Source: an uncultured Acidobacteriota bacterium (GTDB taxonomy: Bacteria > Acidobacteriota > Thermoanaerobaculia > Multivoradales > UBA5704). Taken from it: 64,000 nt of DNA. Below, one piece after another: positions 9,426-20,621 of this stretch. The stretch lies in contig CAVYRF010000002.1 of the NCBI GenBank assembly GCA_963770895.1, positions 2,944,001 through 3,008,000 on the forward strand. The letters run 5' to 3'. Below the pieces are notes generated by a model. The model had not been told where the DNA came from. It saw only the letters and a list, made by a program, of their open reading frames with translations, and made no database searches. Each line of letters begins with the position of its first letter. The stretch's first letter is position 1. Position numbers and translations under genes: made by a program.

Positions 9426-10305
9426 GGTGCCACCGCTCAACCTGGTCGGGCCTGGCAGGAGATCCGCACGACCTCTCGCCGCGCCGGCCTCGTGATCGCC
9501 CTTGCCGCGATCCTGGTGCAGGCTCCCCGTCTCGTCCTCGCCCTGCTCGCCGGCGACCGCCTGCCCGTGGGGCCGGCCGGCGAGCGCGGAAGGAGAGCTT
9601 TTCCTTTCGACGCGGCCAGGCCGTGCGTCTCAAAGCTGACACCGTTGCGAGCCAGGAGTTGTAAAAAACATGCCGGCTCTGCCAGCCGGCAGTGTCCCGG
9701 CACGTGCCGGCAAGCATGTCGGTCGGAATCAGGGCGCCTCCGCCGCCCAGGCCAGCGAGCGGGTTGGCCTTCTGGTCGGTGCCGCAAAGGGTGCCGGCAC
9801 TCTCTGGTGGCACTACGCTCGCGATCGGCACCACCGTGGCCTGCCAAGGTTTCCGCCCAACCGTCCGGGCTGGTAGGGGGGTCGAAATCCGCTGAACTGC
9901 CGCCGAACGATCCGCGCTCCTTCTCCTCCACGCCCCCGCCCTCGGCCTCGCTGCTTCCATCTGCCCGGTATCTGAGAGTGTTCCCGGCGGGCATGCGAAC
10001 CGTCCGTGTGCTCGTCGTGGCTGGGTCGGGACCGACAACCGGCTCTCCCGTCCCGCGAAGGTAACGCCACCCCCACCCTTACCAGACCCGGCATTCCTCC
10101 CTGGGCCTCACCGACTCGGTACACCACCCCAGGGTGGCCGCGAGGCTTGGCCTCTGCCCGATGCGACAGAATGAAGAGTTGCCGATATTTCGATGTCTTT
10201 GACCTGGGCGATGCAGAGCAGGTAGCCTTCGCGGCGAGCCCTTGTCGTTGCTGATCCAGGCCATTCTGGTCGCTCCGTCCGCCGGGTAAGGGGGATGACA
10301 TCCAG

Positions 10306-13300
10306 GTGCCAGCGAACCCCACAGAAGCACTGGTCGCCGATCTGCGAGCCCAGATCGAGGCCGGCGAGGTGCTGGTCATCGCCGGCGCCGGCGTCTCGGT
10401 GGCGGCGACCGCCGAGGGCACGGCGCCAGGCGGTAGCCCCGTCGCTTCGTGGAAGGGCCTGCTGGTGGATGGCATCGAGCGCTCTACGCAGGTGGGATCG
10501 CCTCCGCCTGCGGCGGGCTGGGCGGAGCGGCTCCGGGCCGACCTCGAATCGAAGGATCTTGACGACCTCCTGTCGGTGCCTGAGCGAGTGGCCAGCCGCC
10601 TGGGAGCGCCGAAGGGGGGCGAGTACCGCCGCTGGCTGCGCGAGACGGTCGGCTCCTTGCGAGCCATCGACCGATCGGTGCCGGAGGCGCTGGCCGGGCT
10701 GGGGATGACGATCGCCACCACCAACTACGACGGGCTGCTGGAGGAAGTCACGGGCCGGCCGCCGGTGACCTGGCGGGACGGTACGCGGATGGAACGGGTG
10801 GTGCGCGGCGATGAGGTGGGCATCCTGCATCTCCACGGTCATTGGCAGGACCCAGAGTCGGTGGTGCTGGGCATCCGCAGCTACGAGAAGATCCTTGGCG
10901 ATGCGCCCACCCAGGCGATGCTGAAGGCGGTGCGGTCGCTGCAGACGCTGCTTTTCATCGGCTGCGGCGCCACCCTGGAGGACCCGAACTTCGCGGCGCT
11001 GCTGGCCTGGAGCCGCGGCGTCTTCGCCGGCTCCGAATACCGCCACTTCCGGCTGTGCCGGGACAGCGAGGTGGCGGCCCTCCGTGCCCTCCATGGTCCG
11101 GAGGAGCGTCTGTTCCCGGTTCCCTACGGCCGAGAGCACAGCGATCTGGCGCCGTTCTTGCGGAGCCTGCGGGCTCCGCGGTCGCCGGTGGCGGCACCGT
11201 CCCGGCCGGCGACTGCGGCCTCCTCCGCGGGCGCCGATCCGGTGGTGCCGCGGCTGCCGCCGCCGCGCTACTGCTTCGGTCGCGAGGACGCGGTTGCGCA
11301 GGCCGTGGCCGCGGTCCTCGCCAAGCCGGCGGCGCCGCTAGCGATCCTGGGACCTCCGGGGGTAGGCAAGACGACCGTCGCGGTCACCGCACTGCACGGT
11401 CCACGGGTGGTCAAGCGCTACCGCTCGCGGCGGTTCTTCGTGCGTGCCGATGGGGTCAGCGGGCGCGACGCCCTGGTGGCGGCGGTCGCCTCGGCGATGG
11501 GGCTCGAACCCGGGGCGGGCCTTGAGCAGCGGACCTGGAGCGCGCTGGACCGCGGCGCGGCGCTGCTGGTGATCGACAACGCCGAGACCCCCTGGGATGC
11601 CGATCCGCAGGCGGTCGAAGAGCTGCTCGCACAGCTCGCGGCGGTGCCTGGCCTCGCCCTGGTCGCCACCGTCCGCGGCGACGAGCGCCCCGCGGGACCG
11701 CGATGGACCGAGCCGATCCGGCTACGCCCGCTCGACCCTGCGCCGGCGCGCAGCGCGTTTCTCGCGGTCGCGGGCGAGCGACACCGCTCCGACCCCCATC
11801 TCGACCCGCTGCTCGAAGCCGTCGAGAGGCTGCCGATCGCCATCGACCTGCTCGCCCATCAAGCCGAACCGCTGCCGGGTCTCGCCGAGCTATGGCAGCG
11901 CTGGCAGAGTGAGCGTAGCGCCGTGCTGCGCCGCGCCGGCGGCCGCACCCGCGAGGTCAGCCTTGATGCCTCGGTCGAGCTTTCGCTCCAGAGCCCACGG
12001 ATGACCCAGTGCGGCGAGCGGCTGGCAAGCCTGCTCGCCCAGCTGCCCGGCGGCATTGCCCCTGAGGATCTGGGCGCGTTGTTGGGCGGGGAGGGTGCCA
12101 CCGCAGCAGCCGAGCTACGCAGGACCGGCCTCGCGGCCCCGGACGTAGCCCGGTTGCGCCTGCTGGCTCCCATCCGCGAGGTGCTTCGCCGCCTGCGCCC
12201 GCCACAGCCCGAGGATCATCTGCGGCTGGTCGCCCACTTCCTCGAGCTCGCCCGGCTCGGAAAGCGAGTGGGGGCCGAGGGGGGCGCAGGGGTTGCGCGG
12301 AGGCTGGAGACCGAGCTGGGCAACCTGGAGGCAATCCTTGCGAGCGCCCTGGAGGCCCCCGATCCCGAGCCCGCCATAGCCGCCGCGCTGGATCTCGGCA
12401 GGTTCCAGCGCTTCACCGGACTGGGAGGCTCGGCTCTGCTGGATCAGGCCGCATCGGCAGCCGGATCGGTCCTTCTCCAGGCTCAGTGCCTCCGTGCACG
12501 GGCAGATCTAGCCCTTGCCCGCTCCGACCACGACGGCGCGCGGTCGCGCTACGAGGAGGCCCTGCCGCTCTTCCGCCGGGTGGGCGACGTGCTCGGCGAG
12601 GCCAACTGCATCCAGAGCCTCGGCGACATCGCCCAGCGGCGCTCCGACCACGACGGCGCGCGGTCGCGCTACGAGGAGGCCCTGCCGCTCTACCGCCGGG
12701 TGGGCTCCGTGCTCGGCGAGGCCAACTGCATCCAGAGCCTCGGCGACATCGCCCTGCGGCGCTCCGACCACGATGGCGCGCAGTCGCGCTACGAGGAGGC
12801 CCTGCCGCTCTACCGCCGGGTGGGCGACGTGCTCGGCGAGGCCAACTGCATCCAGAGACTCGGCGACATCGCCCTGCGGCGCTCCGACCACGATGGCGCG
12901 CAGTCGCGCTACGAGGAGGCCCTGCCGCTCTACCGCCGGGTGGGCGACGTGCTCGGCGAGGCCAACTGCATCAAGAGCCTCGGCGACATCGCCCAGCGGC
13001 GCTCCGACCACGACGGCGCGCGGTCGCGCTACGAGGAGGCCCTGCCGCTCTTCCGCCGGGTGGGCGACGTGCTCGGCGAGGCCAACTGCATCCAGAGCCT
13101 CGGCGACATCGCCCTGCGGCGCTCCGACCACGACGGCGCGCGGTCGCGCTACGAGGAGGCCCTGCCGCTCTACCGCCGGGTGGGCTCCGTGCTCGGCGAG
13201 GCCAACTGCATCCAGAGCCTCGGCGACATCGCCCTCGAGCGCTCCGACCACGACGGCGCGCGGTCGCGCTACGAGGAGGCCCTGCCGCTCTTCCGCCGGG

Positions 13301-13614
13301 TGGGCGACGTGCTCGGCGAGGCCAACTGCGTTTTCGGTCTCGGCGATGTCGCGGCTGCCATCGGAGAAGCAGGGATAGGACGTCAGCTGATCGGCCAAGC
13401 GCTTTCGCTCTACCTTGGGATCGCCGAGCCCTATTCGGTCGGTCGGGCACATCGAAGGTTGGCCGAGCTCGCCGCGGACTCGGCATCACGGCAGGAGCAC
13501 CTGGAGGCTGCCCGCCAAGCGTTGGCAGGCATCGGGCGCTTCGATCTCGTAGCGGACCTCGACAGCGATCTCGACGCCGTCGGCGCCAAACCCGAGGGGA
13601 ACGGGGGCGGCTGA
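10306..13614 (+). CDS. SIR2-like domain + NB-ARC/STAND NTPase + TPR repeats (NLR/Avs-like defence protein)
   Basis: SIR2: GAGVS, TTNYD, HLHG, LLFIGCG. STAND: GPPGVGKT, LLVIDNAE, RLPIAI. C-terminal 40-aa TPR-like repeats. Confidence 0.9.
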   Translation: MPANPTEALVADLRAQIEAGEVLVIAGAGVSVAATAEGTAPGGSPVASWKGLLVDGIERSTQVGSPPPAAGWAERLRADLESKDLDDLLSVPERVASRLGAPKGGEYRRWLRETVGSLRAIDRSVPEALAGLGMTIATTNYDGLLEEVTGRPPVTWRDGTRMERVVRGDEVGILHLHGHWQDPESVVLGIRSYEKILGDAPTQAMLKAVRSLQTLLFIGCGATLEDPNFAALLAWSRGVFAGSEYRHFRLCRDSEVAALRALHGPEERLFPVPYGREHSDLAPFLRSLRAPRSPVAAPSRPATAASSAGADPVVPRLPPPRYCFGREDAVAQAVAAVLAKPAAPLAILGPPGVGKTTVAVTALHGPRVVKRYRSRRFFVRADGVSGRDALVAAVASAMGLEPGAGLEQRTWSALDRGAALLVIDNAETPWDADPQAVEELLAQLAAVPGLALVATVRGDERPAGPRWTEPIRLRPLDPAPARSAFLAVAGERHRSDPHLDPLLEAVERLPIAIDLLAHQAEPLPGLAELWQRWQSERSAVLRRAGGRTREVSLDASVELSLQSPRMTQCGERLASLLAQLPGGIAPEDLGALLGGEGATAAAELRRTGLAAPDVARLRLLAPIREVLRRLRPPQPEDHLRLVAHFLELARLGKRVGAEGGAGVARRLETELGNLEAILASALEAPDPEPAIAAALDLGRFQRFTGLGGSALLDQAASAAGSVLLQAQCLRARADLALARSDHDGARSRYEEALPLFRRVGDVLGEANCIQSLGDIAQRRSDHDGARSRYEEALPLYRRVGSVLGEANCIQSLGDIALRRSDHDGAQSRYEEALPLYRRVGDVLGEANCIQRLGDIALRRSDHDGAQSRYEEALPLYRRVGDVLGEANCIKSLGDIAQRRSDHDGARSRYEEALPLFRRVGDVLGEANCIQSLGDIALRRSDHDGARSRYEEALPLYRRVGSVLGEANCIQSLGDIALERSDHDGARSRYEEALPLFRRVGDVLGEANCVFGLGDVAAAIGEAGIGRQLIGQALSLYLGIAEPYSVGRAHRRLAELAADSASRQEHLEAARQALAGIGRFDLVADLDSDLDAVGAKPEGNGGG
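12520..13329 (+). repeat. About 6.75 near-identical 120-bp tandem repeats encoding TPR units
   Basis: Units start at 12520, 12640, 12760, 12880, 13000, 13120 and 13240 and differ at only a handful of codons. Confidence 0.97.
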
Positions 13615-13858
13615 GACCGCGCGCCACATGGCTAGCCGGTCACATTTCGGCGACCACCCCTCCCCAGCCCCACGCCAGCCTGACACGACGGATGACGCCT
13701 GCCCCGGCAACGATCCCGGGGAGGCACTCGCGCCATGGCTATGTTCCGCCTCCTCATTGCACACTAGCGCCCGCCCATCCTCTCCGCGGCTTGCTTCCCC
13801 TGCGCTTCCCCTCGCGGATTGGGCGGGACGCCCTTATCTCTCAAACCACTGATTCTAT

Positions 13859-13908
13859 TGGAGCCGACGATCGGGATTGAACCGATGACCTGCTGATTAC
13901 GAATCAGC
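13859..13908 (-). tRNA. 3' remnant of tRNA-Thr(CGT), att-like site (not a canonical full tRNA)
   Basis: Minus strand reads GCTGA TT CGT AA TCAGC AGGTC ATCGG TTCAATC CCGAT CGTCGGC T CCA: anticodon arm, T arm, acceptor 3' strand and CCA. No D arm. Confidence 0.85.
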
Positions 13909-14069
13909 CGGACGGAACGAAGTCGGCCAACGGCACGGAGGAGAGGTTGTCAGCGGTCGAGCTCACACGGACAGGACGCTATCATGCGCCCGATGCGGTT
14001 CTCCGGCTGGGCGCAGCGGTATGGTCGAAGCGTATGCCAAGCCGGCGGCCGGATCTGGGGTAGTAGCCG

Positions 14070-15779
14070 ATGAACCTCTACGACTTGTTTGCCATCGCAG
14101 GCCAGCGCTCGCCGGAACGCGTGGCGTTGAGCATGCCGGTGGCCAGCGCCGTTCCGCAACCGCAGGAGTTCGCGTCAGATGAGGTGTTGCCTCGGCAGGT
14201 GACCGCTATCGAATGGAGCTATTTCGAGCTGCTGATGCGCGCCGGTGCGCTGGCGGAGGGGTTGTGGGGCTGGGGCTTGCGGCCGGGGGATCGGGTCGCT
14301 TGCTGGCTTGGCAACCGGCCGGAGCTGGTCGTGCTGCACCTGGCCCTGCTGCGGCTGGGTGCGGTGTTGGTGCCGCTCAACCTGGCATACCGCCGGCGGG
14401 AGATCGGTCACATCCTGGCGGATGCGGCGCCACGCTTGCTGGTGGCGGAAACGGCCCAGCGCGAGCTGCTGGCCGAGGTGGATGCTGCCGACCGGGCAAC
14501 CCTGGAGGCGGTGCTGTCGGTCGAGGACCTGGCCGGCGGCCTGCTGGCGGGCGGCATCGCGGCTGCAGATGAGACGGCGGCCGGCGGGACGGGGCGGGCG
14601 GTGGCGCTGGGCGGCGACCAGCTGGCGATGTTGCTGTATACATCGGGCACGACGGGGCCCAGCAAGGGGGCGATGCTGAGCCATAACAATCTGCTGGCGA
14701 CGGTGACCGGCTTGCTGGCGGCCTGGGCTTGGCGGGCCGATGACCGGTTGTTGCTGACGCTGCCGCTGTTTCATGTGCATGGCCTGGTGGTGGGGCTGGA
14801 TTGCGCCTTGGCGGCGGGCGCCACGGTCGAGCTGCGGCGGCGGTTCGATGCCGCGGCGGTGGTGGATGAGCTGGAGGGCGGTGTGGCGACGCTGTTCTTT
14901 GGCGTGCCGACGCTCTATGTGCGCTTGGTCGGGGAGCTGGCGCGGCGGGGTGCGGCGCGGCGGGCGGGCTCGGTCGCGGGCGCGGCGCCCGAGAACGCTG
15001 GGCACGCGGATGCGGCGCACGGGGGCGGCGCGGAAACGGGCTCAGCGCACCTGGACGGCGGGGGTGCGGCCCGGGGCAGCGGCATCGCGGGGATGCGGCT
15101 GTTCTGCTCGGGCAGCGCGCCCTTGGCCCCCGATACGTTTGCGGGGTTTTTGCGGCTGACGGGGCATGCGATCCTGGAACGATATGGGATGACGGAAACG
15201 GGGATGTTGCTGGGCAATCCCTACCTGGGGCCGCGGGTGGCGGGGGAGGTGGGTGGGCCGTTTCCCGGCGTGTCGGTGCGGGTGGTGGACGAAGCGGGCG
15301 GCGACGTGGTGGCTGGGGAGACGGGGGAGCTGCTGGTGCGCGGGGGGAACGTGTTTGCGGGGTATTGGCGGGCGCCGGACAAGACGGCCGCGAGCTTTGT
15401 TGCCGACGCGGTGGGGCGGCGATGGTTCCGCACCGGCGACCTGGCGCGCCAGGACGCGGCGGCGGGGACGTTCACCCTGCTGGGCCGGCGTCACGAACTG
15501 ATCCTGTCCGGCGGGTTCAACGTCTATCCGCGCGAGATCGAGGAGACGTTGCTGGGGTTCCCCGGAGTTCTGGAGGCGGCGGTGGTGGGGCGCCCGCATG
15601 CGGAGTGGGGCGAGGTGCCGGTGGCCTACCTGGTCGCCGCGGCGCCGATGGACGAAGCGGCTCTGCTTGCCCATTGCCGGAGCCAGCTGGCGGGTTTCAA
15701 GGTGCCGCGCGAGGTGCGCTACGTGGAGACGCTGCCGCGCAACGCCCTCGGCAAGCTGCAAAAACACCTGTTGCGCTGA
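14070..15779 (+). CDS. AMP-dependent acyl-CoA synthetase (MatB/malonyl-CoA synthetase-like)
   Basis: YTSGTTGPSKG, LPLFHVHGL, ERYGMTETG, FRTGD, LPRNALGK. Confidence 0.9.
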   Translation: MNLYDLFAIAGQRSPERVALSMPVASAVPQPQEFASDEVLPRQVTAIEWSYFELLMRAGALAEGLWGWGLRPGDRVACWLGNRPELVVLHLALLRLGAVLVPLNLAYRRREIGHILADAAPRLLVAETAQRELLAEVDAADRATLEAVLSVEDLAGGLLAGGIAAADETAAGGTGRAVALGGDQLAMLLYTSGTTGPSKGAMLSHNNLLATVTGLLAAWAWRADDRLLLTLPLFHVHGLVVGLDCALAAGATVELRRRFDAAAVVDELEGGVATLFFGVPTLYVRLVGELARRGAARRAGSVAGAAPENAGHADAAHGGGAETGSAHLDGGGAARGSGIAGMRLFCSGSAPLAPDTFAGFLRLTGHAILERYGMTETGMLLGNPYLGPRVAGEVGGPFPGVSVRVVDEAGGDVVAGETGELLVRGGNVFAGYWRAPDKTAASFVADAVGRRWFRTGDLARQDAAAGTFTLLGRRHELILSGGFNVYPREIEETLLGFPGVLEAAVVGRPHAEWGEVPVAYLVAAAPMDEAALLAHCRSQLAGFKVPREVRYVETLPRNALGKLQKHLLR

Positions 15780-15856
15780 GCGTGCCGGGGCGCGGAAAGC
15801 GTGGCGCTGAGCGCTGCGCCGGGTGCTATTCTGCGACCCAGCTTACGAGGTGACCC

Positions 15857-18282
<2,426 letters not shown>

Positions 18283-18286
<4 letters not shown>

Positions 18287-18830
18287 CGTGATGAGCGTGA
18301 TGAGCCCGGAGCCGGGCCGGGCACCGGGCGCTCGGTCCCGCACTGTCCGGTGGACAGGTAGGTGCCGCCCAACATCGTGCCGCAGACCTTGATGGCGGCC
18401 AGGCCGGCGGCCCCCTTCTCATAGGGATCGGCGTCGAGCACGGCGAAGTCGGCGAACTTGCCGGGCTCGATGCTGCCCACCTTGGCGTCCAGGCGCAGCA
18501 CGAAGGCCGCGTCGATGGTGATGGCACGCAGGGCCTGGTCCAGGGTCAGGCGTTCGTCGGGGCCGAAGACCTTGGCGCCGGTAGCGTAGCCTTGCCGGTT
18601 GGCGGCGATCCAGGCGGCGAGCAGGGGCTGCGGCACGGCGATGGGAAAATCCGAATGGAGGGCCGTCGGCACCCCGGCGCTCACCAGGGAGCGCAAGCGC
18701 GCCGTCGTGTCGGAGCGGTCCGCGCCGATCAGGCTCTCGTTGATCTGGGCGCGCAGGTAGACATAGTAGATGTTGACGCTGGCGAGGTCGCCCAAGGCCC
18801 GCAGGCGGCGGGCCTGGTCCGGCCGCGAGG
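18283..18830 (-). pseudogene. C-terminal fragment of amidohydrolase-3 family protein
   Basis: LHSDFP, ALRAITIDAA, GSIEPGKFADFAVLD present. N-terminal barrel with HxH absent. Confidence 0.7.
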
Positions 18831-19005
18831 GAGACGAAGGATGCGCTGCACAGCCAAGAGTCGACAAGGCGCCGCCGCGACAAGGCCCATACCACCCCTC
18901 CCTCATGCTCAAACCTGTGTTCGCATCCGCAGCGCGACTACGCTAAGTCATGCAGGTACCTCGGTCAAGAAGTCGGGCCGGCACCGCCGGCACCGCGCCA
19001 CCTCA

Positions 19006-20046
19006 TCAGCGGGGTTTGGTGGCGGCGAAGAGGATGGCTCCAGAGTTCTTGAGCTGACGCCGCGTCTCGTCGGCGGCGGGATCGAGCAGGCGTCCGGCGC
19101 TCCACCACAGGCGGTGCAGGGCCAGGAGCGGCGCGGCCAGGGCGCGCGCCAGCCAGCGCGGGCTTTGCGGGAAGAGGCCCATGTGCGCCAGCGCCACCAG
19201 GCCGGGCCAGCCGCCGCTGGGGCCGATCCGTTCGACGTGGAAACCGGCAAAGCGCAGCGCGTTGAGGGTGCCCAGGTGGGTGTGGTGGTGAAAGCTGTCC
19301 TGGTGGAACGGCTCCAGGAAGGCGACGGTGCCGAGCAGCCTGCCGCCGGGCCGCAGCACGCGAAACGCTTCCTGCATCATGAGGAGCGGATAGGGCACGT
19401 GCTCGAGCACCGCGACGGTGAGCACGAAGCCGAAAGCGCCGTCGCGGAAAGGCAGGGCCTGCGCGTCTCCCAGGATGGTCGCTTCAGGCGTCGAATAGTC
19501 GAGCCCCACGTATTCGTATCCCGCCAGCTGGCACACTTCGCGGTGCACCTCGGCGCCGCAACCCAGATCCAGCGCCAGCTCGCGCTCGCCGCCTGCCGCG
19601 TCCGCCCCGGCGCCGGCCGGCTGGGCGCGCGGAAACCAGCTGCGCAGATCGTTCGGCAGGTGGCATGGGCCCTGGACCCGCGACACGTCGACCTGGGGGG
19701 CGGGGTTGGCGGGGAACCGCCCCCACGCCACCTCGGCATCGTCGAGCGGCTGTTCCAACGTGACGTCGATCTGCCGCCGCGTCGGCCGCCGCAAGCGCAG
19801 GTCGGGTTGGCCGCTGGGGGCGTCGGCGAACCCCGTGCCGCAGGCGACGCAGCGCACTCCGGCGGCAGTGCTCGACGCCGGGGACGGAGCCAGCGGCGCC
19901 ACGCCAGCCGTGGGCATGGCCGTCGCCGGCGGCACGGTCGGAGTCATGGGAACCATGGGCGCCAGGGCGCCGCCGCAGTGCGGGCAGGCCAGGACGTCCC
20001 GGATGCGCTGGGACAGCGCCGGTCGCGGAGAAGGAGTCAGTTCCAG
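19006..20046 (-). CDS. Class I SAM-dependent methyltransferase with N-terminal Zn-ribbon (start uncertain)
   Basis: LACPHC...VRCVAC, ALDLGCG, GDAQALPF, VLEHV, VLRPGG. Confidence 0.85.
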   Translation of the reverse strand: MELTPSPRPALSQRIRDVLACPHCGGALAPMVPMTPTVPPATAMPTAGVAPLAPSPASSTAAGVRCVACGTGFADAPSGQPDLRLRRPTRRQIDVTLEQPLDDAEVAWGRFPANPAPQVDVSRVQGPCHLPNDLRSWFPRAQPAGAGADAAGGERELALDLGCGAEVHREVCQLAGYEYVGLDYSTPEATILGDAQALPFRDGAFGFVLTVAVLEHVPYPLLMMQEAFRVLRPGGRLLGTVAFLEPFHQDSFHHHTHLGTLNALRFAGFHVERIGPSGGWPGLVALAHMGLFPQSPRWLARALAAPLLALHRLWWSAGRLLDPAADETRRQLKNSGAILFAATKPR

Positions 20047-20573
20047 CCTTCGCGGGCGCGCAGGGCGGTGATGTGGGCCGTGTGATGGCGGCCGTGCCAG
20101 GCGTACAGGGCGATGAGCTGTTCCAGGGTGAAGGTGCCGGTTTCCGGGTTGGTCATCTTGCGCGGCCACTGGGAGTCATCGACGTCGGCCAGGACCAGGG
20201 CCCAACGGGCATGCAGCGCCGCCAGCAGATCGAGCGACACCGCCACCGGCGCCGACCTGGCTTCCGGCTGCTCCGCCCATCGCTTTTCGACGTAGGGGCG
20301 GACGATCGGCTCCTCTTCGGTCAGGGCCAGCTTGCAGCGCACGTAGGCGTTCAGATGGCTGTCCGGCACGTGATGGACGACCTGGCGCACCGTCCAGCCG
20401 CCCGGCCGGTAGGGGGTGTCGAGCTGCGTCTCGTTCAGGCCGGCGACCGCCGCCCGCAGCTTGGCGGGGGTGTCGCCGATCGCCGCGACGGCAGCCGCCC
20501 GCTCCTGGGGACTGAGGCTTGCCGGGCGGGTGAACCGCCCGATGGGATAGCGCAAATCGGTCTCTTCGCTCAT
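20037..20573 (-). CDS. bstA: YfiT/BstA family thiol S-transferase (DinB superfamily)
   Basis: DLRYPIGRF, LDTPYRPGGWTVRQVVHHVPDSH, LYAWHGRHHTAHI. Confidence 0.9.
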   Translation of the reverse strand: MSEETDLRYPIGRFTRPASLSPQERAAAVAAIGDTPAKLRAAVAGLNETQLDTPYRPGGWTVRQVVHHVPDSHLNAYVRCKLALTEEEPIVRPYVEKRWAEQPEARSAPVAVSLDLLAALHARWALVLADVDDSQWPRKMTNPETGTFTLEQLIALYAWHGRHHTAHITALRAREGWN

Positions 20574-20621
20574 GTCGCGAGTATATCTGCCCGCCTGGCC
20601 GGAGCACGCCGCCCGCGGTGG

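Larger units (their letters stand above)
2492..13927. mobile_element. Decaying integrative element (satellite/IME-like genomic island)
   Basis: Integrase relic, HTH, TA module, MobC, AlpA-like HTH, primase-helicase, iteron-like repeats, defence-type cargo, and a tRNA fragment at the right end. Left boundary is approximate. Confidence 0.7.

Noticed and set aside
9437-10300. Several overlapping ORFs between the iterons and the SIR2 gene
   Set aside because: No recognisable motifs or convincing RBS. Left unannotated.
12520-13329. Possible CRISPR array
   Set aside because: The 120-bp units have no unique spacers, are in-frame coding repeats, and no cas genes are present.
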